Assembly (NCBI GenBank): GCA_964655475.1
Contig: CAZZMO010000004.1
Span: forward strand, 11,377-75,376
Source of the DNA: an uncultured bacterium
Lineage (GTDB): Bacteria; Chlamydiota; Chlamydiia; Chlamydiales; VGMA01
Direction: 5' to 3'
Length of the DNA: 64,000 nucleotides
The position numbers and the translations under genes are program-made. The notes under the pieces were generated by a model. The model was not told the DNA's origin and did no database searches. It worked only from the letters and a program-made list of their open reading frames with translations. Positions 17,640 through 27,741 of this stretch are shown in pieces (the first letter of the stretch is position 1; each line of letters begins with the position of its first letter).

Positions 17640-20210
17640 ATGAAACTACGATACCTTATTGCTGGATGTATGATTGTGAATGCCCTTGCGATTGCTGATG
17701 GGCCACCTGCATTTGTTAAAGAACTGAAACCTCGGATGCCTGAATGGAGAATGGAAGTGATCCGCTCTTATGATGGCGAAGCGAATCCTGCGGAGATTAT
17801 CTTTTTTGAAGAGCAGGGTGAGCAGGAAATGCCGGTGAAAAAACTGGTCATGCACCCGACGGGAAGAATTAAAGAAGAGACTGACCTTACTTTAGTCGAA
17901 GGGGCAGTCAAACAAGCTGTGCCGCATGGTGTTTCTATCCTCTTTTCTGCTACAGGAGAGCTCGAATCGGTGACTCATTACGACAAGGGAGTAGAGCATG
18001 GCTTAAAAGAGATCTATTATCCAAATGGTGAGGTCAAAGAATCTCTCTCTTTTATGCATGGACAAAAGCATGGAGCGTGCCACTCATTTTTCGAATCTGG
18101 TGTGAAAAAAGAGGAGCGGCAATACGTTCAAGATAAGCTCGAAGGGGAAGTGTGGATCTATTACCCAAGTGGTAAAAGACAAAAGATGGTCCCTTATCAT
18201 AACAATTTGATGCATGGGGAATACCTCGAGTGGCATGAAAATGGGCTTGTGAAATGTCGAGCCTTTTACCATGAAGGGAAGCTCCACTCAAAAGATAAGC
18301 AGCCTGCAGTCACAAAATATGATGAATTTCGCACTGTAATTGAAGTGCAAGAGTTTCAGAAAGGGGTCCCTTTCGGAATCCATTGCAGCTACTACCCGAA
18401 TGGGCAGGTGAAAGATCACCTCGAGTACAAAGATGGGGAATTTCATGGAACGAATAAAGCCTTTTCTGAAAAAGGGGAGCTCGTTGCAGAAGGATCCTTC
18501 GATCGAGGGACTCCCATCGGTAAACATTGGCGCAAGTATACAAATGGACGCTTTTCTTACATCGCACATTACGACAACAAAGGACAATTGAAAGAGCCAA
18601 TTTTCGAATACAATGAAAATGGGCAGTGCATTGCTCAGTACAAAGTAAAGGGAAAGAGTTTCGAAGGGGAATACAAAGAGTGGTATCCTTCTGGTCAAAT
18701 TGCCAAAGATTTCTTCTATGTAGATGGCAATCTGTCTGAAGAGCAGCTCGAATTTCATGAGAATGGAAAGCCGAAAACCTCTTTTGTCTGCAAAGAGGGG
18801 AAATATGATGGGAAGTTCCAAGCCTGGTTTGCAGATGGAAGTGTTGCCAAAAAGGCCTTCTTCAAAGAGGGAATCCCTGATGGAGACATGAGAGAGTGGC
18901 ACGAAAATGGGGAGCCAAAGTTGAAAGCCCACTTCAAAGAGGGGAAACTGAACGGCTCTTACCAAGAGTGGAATTCTAAAGGAACTCTGATTGTAAAAGG
19001 TGGCTACGAAGAGGGAGAGAGACAAGGGCCTTTCCAAATGTGGGATGAAAATGGGGATCTCGTTCTCGACGCAAGCTATGTCCACGGACGTCTTACAGGC
19101 ACGATGACAAAAAATGCGACAAGAGATCAGCCTTTAGAAGTGATCGAATTCCAAGATGGGAAAAAACATGGTAAATTCCTCGAGAATTGGTCGAATGGAA
19201 AAACAAAGCTCAAAGGATTTTACCAAAACGATCTTCCAGAAGGGCTCATGCAGGGATGGTTTGAAGATGGGAAGCTCGCCTTTAGCCGCTTTTACAAAGG
19301 GGGCGTTCCAGTAGGTGAGCAAAAAGATTACTACCCTGCGCAAAATATTGTAGAAAAGGATCGGGATCAGATCGCAAAGGTCACATACTACAATAGTGAA
19401 GGGAAGCTTCATGGTGAGCAAAAAACTTTCTATCCAAATGGTACTGTTCAGACCGTCATCAACTATCAGATGGGAGATCTCCATGGGATGAAAGCGAGAT
19501 GGGACGAAGAGGGAAATCTTCGGGAAGAAGCTTTCTATGAAGAAGGGAAGCTCGAAGGGAGATACTTTGAAATCGATCCTCAAGGAAGAGAAGTGATCTA
19601 TTTCTACGAAAAGAATAAAAAAGAGGGACCCTACGAAGTCTTTTATCCAACACATCCTCGCTACGGTAAAGTTAAAGCGATTTCTGCTACCTACAAAAAA
19701 GGGAAGGTAGATGGGGAAGTGATTGAGTACAATGAAACAGGGGCAAAAATGGCCTCTACTATGTACAAAGAGGGGAAAAAAGAGGGGACAGCCCACTTTT
19801 TTGATACCCGAGGACTCCTTTTACAAAAGACCCAATTCAAAGATGATCAAAGAAATGGGGAGACAGTGCAATACTATCCGAATGGTAGAGTGTACAAAAT
19901 TACCCCTTACCTCAATGATTTACAAGAAGGGGAAGAGCAAACCTACTACGCTGATGGTACGCTATCGAGCTCTTCAGTCTATGTTAAAGGTAAGCTCAGT
20001 GGCCTTTCCAAGGCGTGGAACGAAGAGGGAATCTTGGTATTCGAAGGGGAATACAAAGATGGGGCAAGGCATGGGAAATTCAATAAATACTACGACTCAG
20101 GAAAGCCTCGCATCATGCAATCTTTTGAAGAGGACCGTCTCGTTGGCACGAAAAAAACCTTTGATAGCGAAGGAAACATGAAAGAAGTCGCTGCCCAACA
20201 GTTAGATTGA
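17640..20210 (+). CDS. secreted MORN-variant (YwqK-like) repeat protein
   Basis: Signal peptide from ATG 17640 (GGAG RBS); dozens of G..HG....(Y/W)(Y/H).NG repeats. Confidence 0.85.
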   Translation: MKLRYLIAGCMIVNALAIADGPPAFVKELKPRMPEWRMEVIRSYDGEANPAEIIFFEEQGEQEMPVKKLVMHPTGRIKEETDLTLVEGAVKQAVPHGVSILFSATGELESVTHYDKGVEHGLKEIYYPNGEVKESLSFMHGQKHGACHSFFESGVKKEERQYVQDKLEGEVWIYYPSGKRQKMVPYHNNLMHGEYLEWHENGLVKCRAFYHEGKLHSKDKQPAVTKYDEFRTVIEVQEFQKGVPFGIHCSYYPNGQVKDHLEYKDGEFHGTNKAFSEKGELVAEGSFDRGTPIGKHWRKYTNGRFSYIAHYDNKGQLKEPIFEYNENGQCIAQYKVKGKSFEGEYKEWYPSGQIAKDFFYVDGNLSEEQLEFHENGKPKTSFVCKEGKYDGKFQAWFADGSVAKKAFFKEGIPDGDMREWHENGEPKLKAHFKEGKLNGSYQEWNSKGTLIVKGGYEEGERQGPFQMWDENGDLVLDASYVHGRLTGTMTKNATRDQPLEVIEFQDGKKHGKFLENWSNGKTKLKGFYQNDLPEGLMQGWFEDGKLAFSRFYKGGVPVGEQKDYYPAQNIVEKDRDQIAKVTYYNSEGKLHGEQKTFYPNGTVQTVINYQMGDLHGMKARWDEEGNLREEAFYEEGKLEGRYFEIDPQGREVIYFYEKNKKEGPYEVFYPTHPRYGKVKAISATYKKGKVDGEVIEYNETGAKMASTMYKEGKKEGTAHFFDTRGLLLQKTQFKDDQRNGETVQYYPNGRVYKITPYLNDLQEGEEQTYYADGTLSSSSVYVKGKLSGLSKAWNEEGILVFEGEYKDGARHGKFNKYYDSGKPRIMQSFEEDRLVGTKKTFDSEGNMKEVAAQQLD

Positions 20211-20264
20211 TTTCAATATTAATTCCGTCTATAATATCTCCTTATTATTAACTTTAATAAGGAG

Positions 20265-20630
20265 ATGTTTATGTCTTTTAAAATTTTACCATATGATGTA
20301 CCTACAATACTTACTCAAGCCGATCTCGAACAACAAGAGATAGAAGAGGGTGGTTCGTGGCAGCCCTGCTATTCAGATTCGATTTTTAAAATTAGAGAAA
20401 TCGCTGACCCGACTATTCAAGGTAGAGTCCTTTACGAAGTAACAAGACTCTTAGCAGTAAGAGAGCAATATCCCTTAGGTAAGAGGGTCTTTGTAAGCTT
20501 TGATGAGGTTATCGCTCTTAAAATTGATAAAGCAACAGGAATGTCAGAGCGGCCAGAACTTCGAGGATGGGTATTCGAAACTATGCTACGAGGCGATTGT
20601 AGCGGCTATGTTGTGAAAAGAATCAGGTAA
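20265..20630 (+). CDS. hypothetical protein
   Basis: AAGGAG RBS; ORF converges on rsmD; no motif recognised. Confidence 0.5.
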   Translation: MFMSFKILPYDVPTILTQADLEQQEIEEGGSWQPCYSDSIFKIREIADPTIQGRVLYEVTRLLAVREQYPLGKRVFVSFDEVIALKIDKATGMSERPELRGWVFETMLRGDCSGYVVKRIR

Positions 20631-21207
20631 TAACTTCTACTTTTCCCATAACGAAGTGGAGAAGCTGGGTTGTCCCCACTTTTCTCGTGCTTTTGAGGAG
20701 AAAGTTTTGAAACGTAGCAGAGCCAAGCTTGCTTGGATTGTGAAGGCTCTCTTCAACAAAGATCCAGGCATTTGGTGATAAGAGCGTTTGCTTTCGATCG
20801 AGAAGCTGGAGAAGGTCTGTGAGAAGAGGCGGCGCTGCTTCGTAAGGTGGATCGATGTAGAGGATGTCGAAAGGGGGACCTTGGTACAGGGATAGGGCTT
20901 TTAGAGCATCTGACTCGAGGACGAGGGTCTCTTCTTTGATCTCCAGGGTTTCGAGATTTTTTCTGATGGTAACGACTGCAGAGTGGCTATGGTCGATGAA
21001 GGTTGCCCGTTTAGCACCGCGGCTTAAAGCTTCAATTCCCATAGCGCCGCTCCCCGCAAAAAGATCGAGGAAATGGGCATCTTCGATCGCTCCTTGGCAG
21101 ATATTAAATACTGATGCGCGTAATTTTTCAGAAGTTGGGCGCGTCTCTCCCCCACGAGGAGTCGAAAGGACTCTCCCTTTGTAAATTCCAGATGTAATAC
21201 GAGTCAT
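20623..21207 (-). CDS. rsmD: 16S rRNA (guanine966-N2) methyltransferase RsmD
   Basis: RITSGIYKGR, TRPT, LDLFAGSGAMGIEALSRGA, IDPPY. Confidence 0.93.
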   Translation of the reverse strand: MTRITSGIYKGRVLSTPRGGETRPTSEKLRASVFNICQGAIEDAHFLDLFAGSGAMGIEALSRGAKRATFIDHSHSAVVTIRKNLETLEIKEETLVLESDALKALSLYQGPPFDILYIDPPYEAAPPLLTDLLQLLDRKQTLLSPNAWIFVEESLHNPSKLGSATFQNFLLKSTRKVGTTQLLHFVMGKVEVIT

Positions 21208-24200
21208 GGCTGAGTAATGTTAAACGGTTTTAAAATGGTCTGAGCAGCGGTCAATTCTTCTGGATCACCATTCACAAGGAACTCTGCACAGTGGTTATAA
21301 GCCCTTTGAAGAGCTAATTGTTTTTCTAACTTGCCACGGCCGCGCGCAGCTTCATTCAGATTGACTCGCTGCCGTATGTTCACCCATCGATTCTGTATCT
21401 TTCCTTGGATCAATACTTCAAATTCTTTGAGCTCTTTTGCCGTTCCCATAAAGTTCATGGTTCCATCTTTACATAGATAGGAGGTGATCTTTGGGTTATG
21501 GTAGAACTTAATATTCTCCTCCTCATCAACTAGGGAGATCCGCAGGTCAGTGATGATCGGGTGTTTAATGTTTTTCGTCAATACAGCAAGCTTTCTAGGG
21601 AACGCAGCGTGGGTGCTAGAATAGAGGAGAGATCCCCCATAAAGACCTGAAAAGAGATCGAGGACTGGGATGTTGGTTTTAGTTCCAATGATTGCTGTGT
21701 GGACGATAAAATTGCTGTTAGGTGTATTGAGGAGTTTCTTGAGCTGCACTTTCTGTTGATCTAGGTTTTTTAACCCATTTCCACTTGTCAGAACAATGGC
21801 TGTGTAAATTTCATCAGAGTGATTTGCTTTCTCATGAATTGCGTCGAGAAGTTCTAATAAAATGGTACTTGAAGAGAGCCATGGCTGTGATTGCCGATCG
21901 AGGAAGTCTTTTGCGATCTTCATGGATGCTTTCGTGGCTCTGAGGTCAGAGAGGCTTAAGGGTTCGGCCTTGCTGTCAAACATGAAGACGTTGAACAAGT
22001 TATCATCTGATAAGAAGGTAATCGAACTACCTACTGCGTTTTTAAAGACATCAAAACGGTGCCTTTCAATCGAAGAGGAACGATCGATCAAGAAATAGAT
22101 GTGGTGGCGAAGGGGCTTTCTATCGAAGTTTTCCTTGGCAGAGAGGGCAAGAGAGAAGATGTAACCATCTTCTGTCATCTGCGGCACGATGGAACTTGCA
22201 ATTGCGAATTCTCCATGCATGCAATCTGTGTCAAGGATAGGAGGTGTAGGAAGCATTGCTAATGTGTAGGCTGTGCAGCGGTATGTGCGGTTTCTGAGCT
22301 TTGCATCTTCAAAGACGTTCAGATATGAAGAGGGGAAGCGGATGTTGAGGAGAGAAATCCCCTCTAGATAGTTCGATGTAAAGGGGAGGAGTCGATCGAG
22401 ATCGACGAGCATGATTTTCTCGAGGTGAGAGAGGGCAAGCTCATAGGTGGTATGTTTCCCTTGAACCTTCTGAAACTCACTTCCAAGGCTCTTCGCTACT
22501 TGAGGCTCATACGCTTTGCTAAAGAAACTCTCTTTATAATCCTTTCCTTCTATCTCAACATTATTGATCGCGAGGTATGCTTCTACGAGTTGTTCACGAT
22601 GAAGATTCCCTTTCGTGACGGGAGTTACGACTAAATGGGATTTCCCTTGTCCAATCTTCGCCATTTCCTCTTTCGAGATAGGGTAGAGGAGGGGATGTTT
22701 TCCACTTTCAGGTGGATCGAGTTGGAAAGAGAGAAGCTCATTTCCACCGGGACTTACTGCAGTTGGTAGCCTTTCTGAAGAAAGTTTATTGACGGGAGCG
22801 ACGGCAAGGGGTGTATAGGGGAAGCTTTCTTGAACTGTAAAAGGATAGAAAAGGAGCGTGGTGGAGATCTTCTGAGGGGTAAGAGGTCCAAATGTTCCAA
22901 GCTCTCCCATCTCACAGTTGATCGAAAGGAGAAGATCGAGAGAAGACAACTGCTCTATGACGAGAAGCTCGTTTCCAATGAGGGAAGAGAGGTTATCAGA
23001 GCTCATTTCATGTGGGGGAAGGTTGTGGAGAGGGAGGAACGCAATCGAGCTTTTGTAGGGAGTAAATGATTCTGGAGATAGTTTGTGGAATCTTGGGAGA
23101 TGACTCTCCATAGTCCAATTGGTGAGCCAAATATCTCTTTTCTTTGCAAGCTCTTGGAAGTGAGGAAGAGAAGAGGTTTGATGGAGTTTCATCGACCTCG
23201 CAAAACTCATCTCACTTTTTTGTAGAGCTGGAGCTTTCACCTTCTCTCCAAAATACTCTTTTTGAGGTGAGGTGGATGGGATCAGTGAGGTGAAAGTAAA
23301 GGTCACATCAGGAAGAGAAGAGGAATAGACAAAGTGAGACTTTTCATGTGTTTTGAGCGCTACAGGGTGGGAAGCTTTCTTCCCTTTTTCAAAAAGAGGG
23401 GTCACCTCTATTTTTTTCGGAAGAGGAATAGCGATGGCCGCTGTTTTCTGAGTTGAGTGGTAGTGGTGAGGAGAGGTCTCGATGGGTGGGGTGGTGGAAA
23501 GAGAAGCTCTGGTTACCTCTTCTTTCTTGAAAAGGGAGCGGTTGAAATTGGTAACAGGGACCTCTTTCATCTTTTTCAAAGACATTTTGTCTTCTGCTCT
23601 AAGAGAGGAGATCTGAGGAGGAATCTCTTTGTAAGCTGTGAAAACGCGTCGATTTTTTGCAATGTTGAGATCTTTCGAAACGGGCAGTTCTCTCATTCCT
23701 AAAGAAAGAGAGGAAGAGTTCACAAAGGAGAGTTTTTCGATCTCCTTTTTCTGCCGCTTAGTTTGTAATAGAGGCCTTTCTACTACGAGATGATCTGTTG
23801 GCAAGTCGACATAAATAAAAGTAGAATCGATCGGCTGAGGTGCCCAAAAGAGGGAGAAATCCTCTTCTCGATAGAGATGGGAAGCTCCTTTCATCAAGAT
23901 ATCGACATATTCTTTCTCTCTTAAATAGGTGTATGCTCCCAAAATGTCTCTCGCCCAGAGAGGAGATCCGACTGAATAATCGGGATAAACTTCTTGGTGG
24001 AGGCGATGTCCATGAGAGGGGAGAGATGAGTTTCCAATAAGAGGCACTCTTGCGTCAGGAAGTTTGGCAAAGGCCCCTTCTGAGAGTTCCCTTGCTCCAA
24101 AAAATGGGCGGAGGAACCTTTTATTTTCCATCGTTGTTGCGAGTTCAGAGCTCATAGAGTTGTAACTTTTCACATCGAGGAAAGAGGAGTCAAAACTGTG

Positions 24201-24779
24201 AGGGAGAAAAGAGGGATGTTCTTTAAATCCTTGTTCTAATTGCTGCTCTAACAGAACCATTGCTTCTCGATTTTTCTCTTCGATGAAAGCTTCATTCGTG
24301 TGCTGTCTCAAAAAAGAGTGGAGAGAGGTGACAAAGTCTTCTTCCCAGCGCATGAAGAGCTGTTCTGCCGACTGTCCACGTGGTGCATAGCGATAGGTCT
24401 GATTGTCGATGTCTGAGGTTGGAAAATCTTTTTTCTCCGTCATGGAGAAGGAGGATCGTTTTGCTGGGTGGTAGACAAAGTGATGAGAGCCATCTGTCGA
24501 ATAGAGAGGGAGTGGAAGATCATCTGAAAGTGGAAGAGAGGGGATCTTGTTGGCGATCTCCTCTTTCTCTTTTACAAAATCGATCGAAGAGGTTTCTTCA
24601 ACGAATGGATCGTTAGAGCTTCTCTCCTTTTCAAAACGGTGAGAGGGATAGACTAGCTGAGAGCCTTCTGATGACGCGATTTCTTCTGTAAAAATCGCGC
24701 CATGGGGAGAACTTTCTTCAGAGTTCAGCACTCTGAGCAAAAGAAGAGACGACAGAATCAGCCAATATCCACTTTGCAT
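21204..24779 (-). CDS. large protein with C-terminal von Willebrand factor A domain
   Basis: FLIDRSSS MIDAS-like motif and FNVFMFD; long Ser/Pro-rich N-terminal region; hydrophobic leader. Confidence 0.7.
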   Translation of the reverse strand: MQSGYWLILSSLLLLRVLNSEESSPHGAIFTEEIASSEGSQLVYPSHRFEKERSSNDPFVEETSSIDFVKEKEEIANKIPSLPLSDDLPLPLYSTDGSHHFVYHPAKRSSFSMTEKKDFPTSDIDNQTYRYAPRGQSAEQLFMRWEEDFVTSLHSFLRQHTNEAFIEEKNREAMVLLEQQLEQGFKEHPSFLPHSFDSSFLDVKSYNSMSSELATTMENKRFLRPFFGARELSEGAFAKLPDARVPLIGNSSLPSHGHRLHQEVYPDYSVGSPLWARDILGAYTYLREKEYVDILMKGASHLYREEDFSLFWAPQPIDSTFIYVDLPTDHLVVERPLLQTKRQKKEIEKLSFVNSSSLSLGMRELPVSKDLNIAKNRRVFTAYKEIPPQISSLRAEDKMSLKKMKEVPVTNFNRSLFKKEEVTRASLSTTPPIETSPHHYHSTQKTAAIAIPLPKKIEVTPLFEKGKKASHPVALKTHEKSHFVYSSSLPDVTFTFTSLIPSTSPQKEYFGEKVKAPALQKSEMSFARSMKLHQTSSLPHFQELAKKRDIWLTNWTMESHLPRFHKLSPESFTPYKSSIAFLPLHNLPPHEMSSDNLSSLIGNELLVIEQLSSLDLLLSINCEMGELGTFGPLTPQKISTTLLFYPFTVQESFPYTPLAVAPVNKLSSERLPTAVSPGGNELLSFQLDPPESGKHPLLYPISKEEMAKIGQGKSHLVVTPVTKGNLHREQLVEAYLAINNVEIEGKDYKESFFSKAYEPQVAKSLGSEFQKVQGKHTTYELALSHLEKIMLVDLDRLLPFTSNYLEGISLLNIRFPSSYLNVFEDAKLRNRTYRCTAYTLAMLPTPPILDTDCMHGEFAIASSIVPQMTEDGYIFSLALSAKENFDRKPLRHHIYFLIDRSSSIERHRFDVFKNAVGSSITFLSDDNLFNVFMFDSKAEPLSLSDLRATKASMKIAKDFLDRQSQPWLSSSTILLELLDAIHEKANHSDEIYTAIVLTSGNGLKNLDQQKVQLKKLLNTPNSNFIVHTAIIGTKTNIPVLDLFSGLYGGSLLYSSTHAAFPRKLAVLTKNIKHPIITDLRISLVDEEENIKFYHNPKITSYLCKDGTMNFMGTAKELKEFEVLIQGKIQNRWVNIRQRVNLNEAARGRGKLEKQLALQRAYNHCAEFLVNGDPEELTAAQTILKPFNITQP

Positions 24780-24797
24780 CCCGTTATTACTCTCTTT

Positions 24798-27653
24798 CTA
24801 GTACAATTTTTTAGCCAAGATGGCATTTTGGCTATTTTGTACTCGATTGTAGAGGTAGTGTGTTAAACATGGAGAAGTTTGACACTTCGATAGAAGATCA
24901 GAGGTCTCTTTGTTTAATTCACCAGCTTTAGTTTTATTGTTTTCCTTTTCTGCAATGATCGCCTCAGAGCGGAGGATCTCTGCTTCTACAAACTGCATGT
25001 AGAGATCGCGGAGCTCTTGCTTTTCAGGCTGTTTTTTTAACATGTCGTTGTAGCGGACCAAGATTGGATCTTCGTGGTTACTGTAATCTTCTTGGATCCG
25101 TTTGAGGAAAAACACATAGCGTCGATCTGCATCTTCAGAACCTGACAGATGAGCTCTGATCCAAGCGTACTCTAGAGCGGCTTCTAAATGGATCGGCTCT
25201 GATTGCGCATGCTTTTTGATCTGAAGCTCTTTCAAATGGTTCAAGATTTGAATCACTTGCTGGTTGTTTTCTGTCTGCTGCTGTTTTGGCAGTAGATGGA
25301 ACTGCAATCGATCGGCATGAAGCGATGCAAATTCAGAGACAAATGTTGGCGTATCGCGGTGATGAGTAGCAATGAATGCATATGTTTCATAAGCATTTTC
25401 TCGATCTTGCATATATTCGTAAGTTTTTGCAAGTTCTAGGAGAACCTCTTTTTGCAATTTCCAACCCCATCCACGATTTGTTTGTTGCTGCTGAGCGAGC
25501 TCTTTCAACACCTGCATTTTTCTGTCGAGCTGCTGATCTCTACCGAGAAGTTGTGCAAACTTCAACACTTCCCACTCAAAGTAGGTGTGCTTTTCATCGA
25601 GAGAAACAAGTTTCCCTGACTGGCTCAAAATCTGATCGAACAGCTGGTGAGCTCGGTGGTAACTCTCTTGAGATGCGATCGTTTCTGTTGAAGGATTCGC
25701 ATCAAATAGTGATGAAGGTTTAAAGAGCTTGTCGTAGTAGTAGTTTGCAAGCCATAGGCGATTCTCCATCTTTATCGGAAGATCTTGTAGAGAAAGGGCT
25801 TGATAGAGGTGCTCTGCTGCAAGATCGTGAAGAGAGAGATTCTCATCAGGGATCGATCCCCCTTTTTCAATGATCGAGAGGTAAACGTTGTAGAGCTCTA
25901 AATGGATCGATGATTTATTTTTTAAATCTGAATCGATCTTTAAAGCTTCTTCAGCGTGGAGACAGAAAAGCTCTGGCTGCTTACCAATCTTGTGGTAACA
26001 AAGGGCCATGAGGAGGTGTGTTTCTGCCGCTGAAACATCTCCCTCGTAATCATCGAGGTAGCGGGAGAGTTTAGCTAAAGATGCATCATAGAGACCAAGT
26101 TCGTAAGATACTTTCCCTTGCAAGAAGCGGCACTCTCTCATCTCTTGTTCATTCAAAACACCATTTTGCGAAATCACAGCTGTTAAATCATCGAGGAAGT
26201 TTTGTTTCGTGTAACCAAACACACTCGTCGTTTCGATCTCTTTCAAGAGATTAAGAGAGCATGAGAGGAGGTACTTCCACGCAATTTTATTGTGGGGTGA
26301 ATTTGGATAGTGTTGAACGAATGAAACGAGGGTCGCATGTGCCTTTTCCCATTTCTGGTTGTTATAGGCTACTAAGCTGTACTCGAGAAAGAGTGTCTCT
26401 TTATCTTCAAAATTTGGATATAGAGTGATGAGACTTTCTAATTTTTCCTCTGCACCAGAAAAATTACCTCCTTCTTTCAACATCATCGCATGGACGAAGA
26501 TCGCTTGGGGCAGTTCCTGATCACTTGGGAAGAGTTGTCCAAGCTGACTGATCGTCTTATTATAGAGTTCTTCATTGTGAAGATGCTGCGCTGAGTTCAT
26601 CAACATGAGAAGAGAGTTTCTCACCTGTGGAGATGAGGCTTTATCAGATGCAATGTACCTCGTAAGGAATTGACTTGCTTGTTCAAAGTTTTTCTCTGCA
26701 AAAAAGCTTCTTCCAATGATGTAGTCAAGGGAGAGCTGCTTTTCTTGCTCTAGCGAAGTGACGACAGTTGGATAGGCTGTGAGGACATCTTTAAAACGAT
26801 CTTCTTGGAAGTAGAGGATCAAACGATTCAAGGCTGCTTCATCAGTCTTCGGCCCACCTTTTTCTACGATGCGAGAGAATGTCTCAATCGCAAGATTTCT
26901 ATCATATTCTGCCTGTGAAAGGGCTGCGTGAAAGAGGAGCTCATCTCTTCTTTCAGGATGCCTTTGCGCAAGTTCAGAAAAGAATGCAGAGGCCTTTTTA
27001 TAATCTCCGGTGATTCGATAAATCTCTGCGAGTGCGAACATCGATGGATCGTTGAACGATGAGTGGATGATCGTTTCATAAAGAGGTTTTGCTTGATCGA
27101 TGTACTTCGCTTTTTTCTCTCCCACATCTTTGGTTACTGCGGAGCGGAAGTAAGCTTCTGCCATGAGAAATTGAAACTCTTCTTTTCGAAGATCAACTTC
27201 AGCAGATTTTTTTGTGAGGTATGGAGTCCCTTCTCGGATCATTTCATCAAATTCACTGAGTTCGTAGTAGCACTGTAACTTATTGACTAAAACTTTCTCT
27301 ACGATGACGGGATCTTTAATGCCCACATAGACTTGAAGCGCTTCTGAATAGGAAGATTCTTGTAGGTGGAGATCTGCTAAAATCCCTCTCAAATGGTCAT
27401 TAATCTTGCTATTCGGAAATTGTTTTAAAAAGTCTTGAATTTGAACTTTAACTAGCCTATAATCTCCATCTTTCCAGAATTCTGCAATCCTGCGAATGAG
27501 GAAAGCTTCATCTTTGGTCTCTGCGACATCCTGCAAAGCAGGAGCACTTTTACTTGCTGCAGTAAGGTGAGCAGGGAATGAACTGAGCGCTAACGCTAAT
27601 GAAAATTGCACTGCTGCGGTTTTTACTTTTCTTGATTTTGAATGCATATGCAC
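24798..27653 (-). CDS. secreted TPR-repeat protein
   Basis: Signal peptide; many TPR-like helices ending (F/Y)PNS. Confidence 0.8.
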   Translation of the reverse strand: MHMHSKSRKVKTAAVQFSLALALSSFPAHLTAASKSAPALQDVAETKDEAFLIRRIAEFWKDGDYRLVKVQIQDFLKQFPNSKINDHLRGILADLHLQESSYSEALQVYVGIKDPVIVEKVLVNKLQCYYELSEFDEMIREGTPYLTKKSAEVDLRKEEFQFLMAEAYFRSAVTKDVGEKKAKYIDQAKPLYETIIHSSFNDPSMFALAEIYRITGDYKKASAFFSELAQRHPERRDELLFHAALSQAEYDRNLAIETFSRIVEKGGPKTDEAALNRLILYFQEDRFKDVLTAYPTVVTSLEQEKQLSLDYIIGRSFFAEKNFEQASQFLTRYIASDKASSPQVRNSLLMLMNSAQHLHNEELYNKTISQLGQLFPSDQELPQAIFVHAMMLKEGGNFSGAEEKLESLITLYPNFEDKETLFLEYSLVAYNNQKWEKAHATLVSFVQHYPNSPHNKIAWKYLLSCSLNLLKEIETTSVFGYTKQNFLDDLTAVISQNGVLNEQEMRECRFLQGKVSYELGLYDASLAKLSRYLDDYEGDVSAAETHLLMALCYHKIGKQPELFCLHAEEALKIDSDLKNKSSIHLELYNVYLSIIEKGGSIPDENLSLHDLAAEHLYQALSLQDLPIKMENRLWLANYYYDKLFKPSSLFDANPSTETIASQESYHRAHQLFDQILSQSGKLVSLDEKHTYFEWEVLKFAQLLGRDQQLDRKMQVLKELAQQQQTNRGWGWKLQKEVLLELAKTYEYMQDRENAYETYAFIATHHRDTPTFVSEFASLHADRLQFHLLPKQQQTENNQQVIQILNHLKELQIKKHAQSEPIHLEAALEYAWIRAHLSGSEDADRRYVFFLKRIQEDYSNHEDPILVRYNDMLKKQPEKQELRDLYMQFVEAEILRSEAIIAEKENNKTKAGELNKETSDLLSKCQTSPCLTHYLYNRVQNSQNAILAKKLY

Positions 27654-27741
27654 ACCAGAATTTTTCTTTTTGATTATACTGCTCGTGTCTCAAAAGTCGA
27701 GGTTTTTTTGCAAACCAATTTTTGAGACCACTTCGCTACAT

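Noticed and set aside
18288-19796. Long minus-strand ORFs (265 aa and 220 aa) opposite the MORN-repeat gene
   Set aside because: Antisense shadows of a repetitive coding sequence; no motifs or RBS
17640-20210. Calling the MORN/YwqK-like protein an antitoxin of a toxin-immunity pair
   Set aside because: No toxin gene is adjacent; that family label reflects only the repeat type
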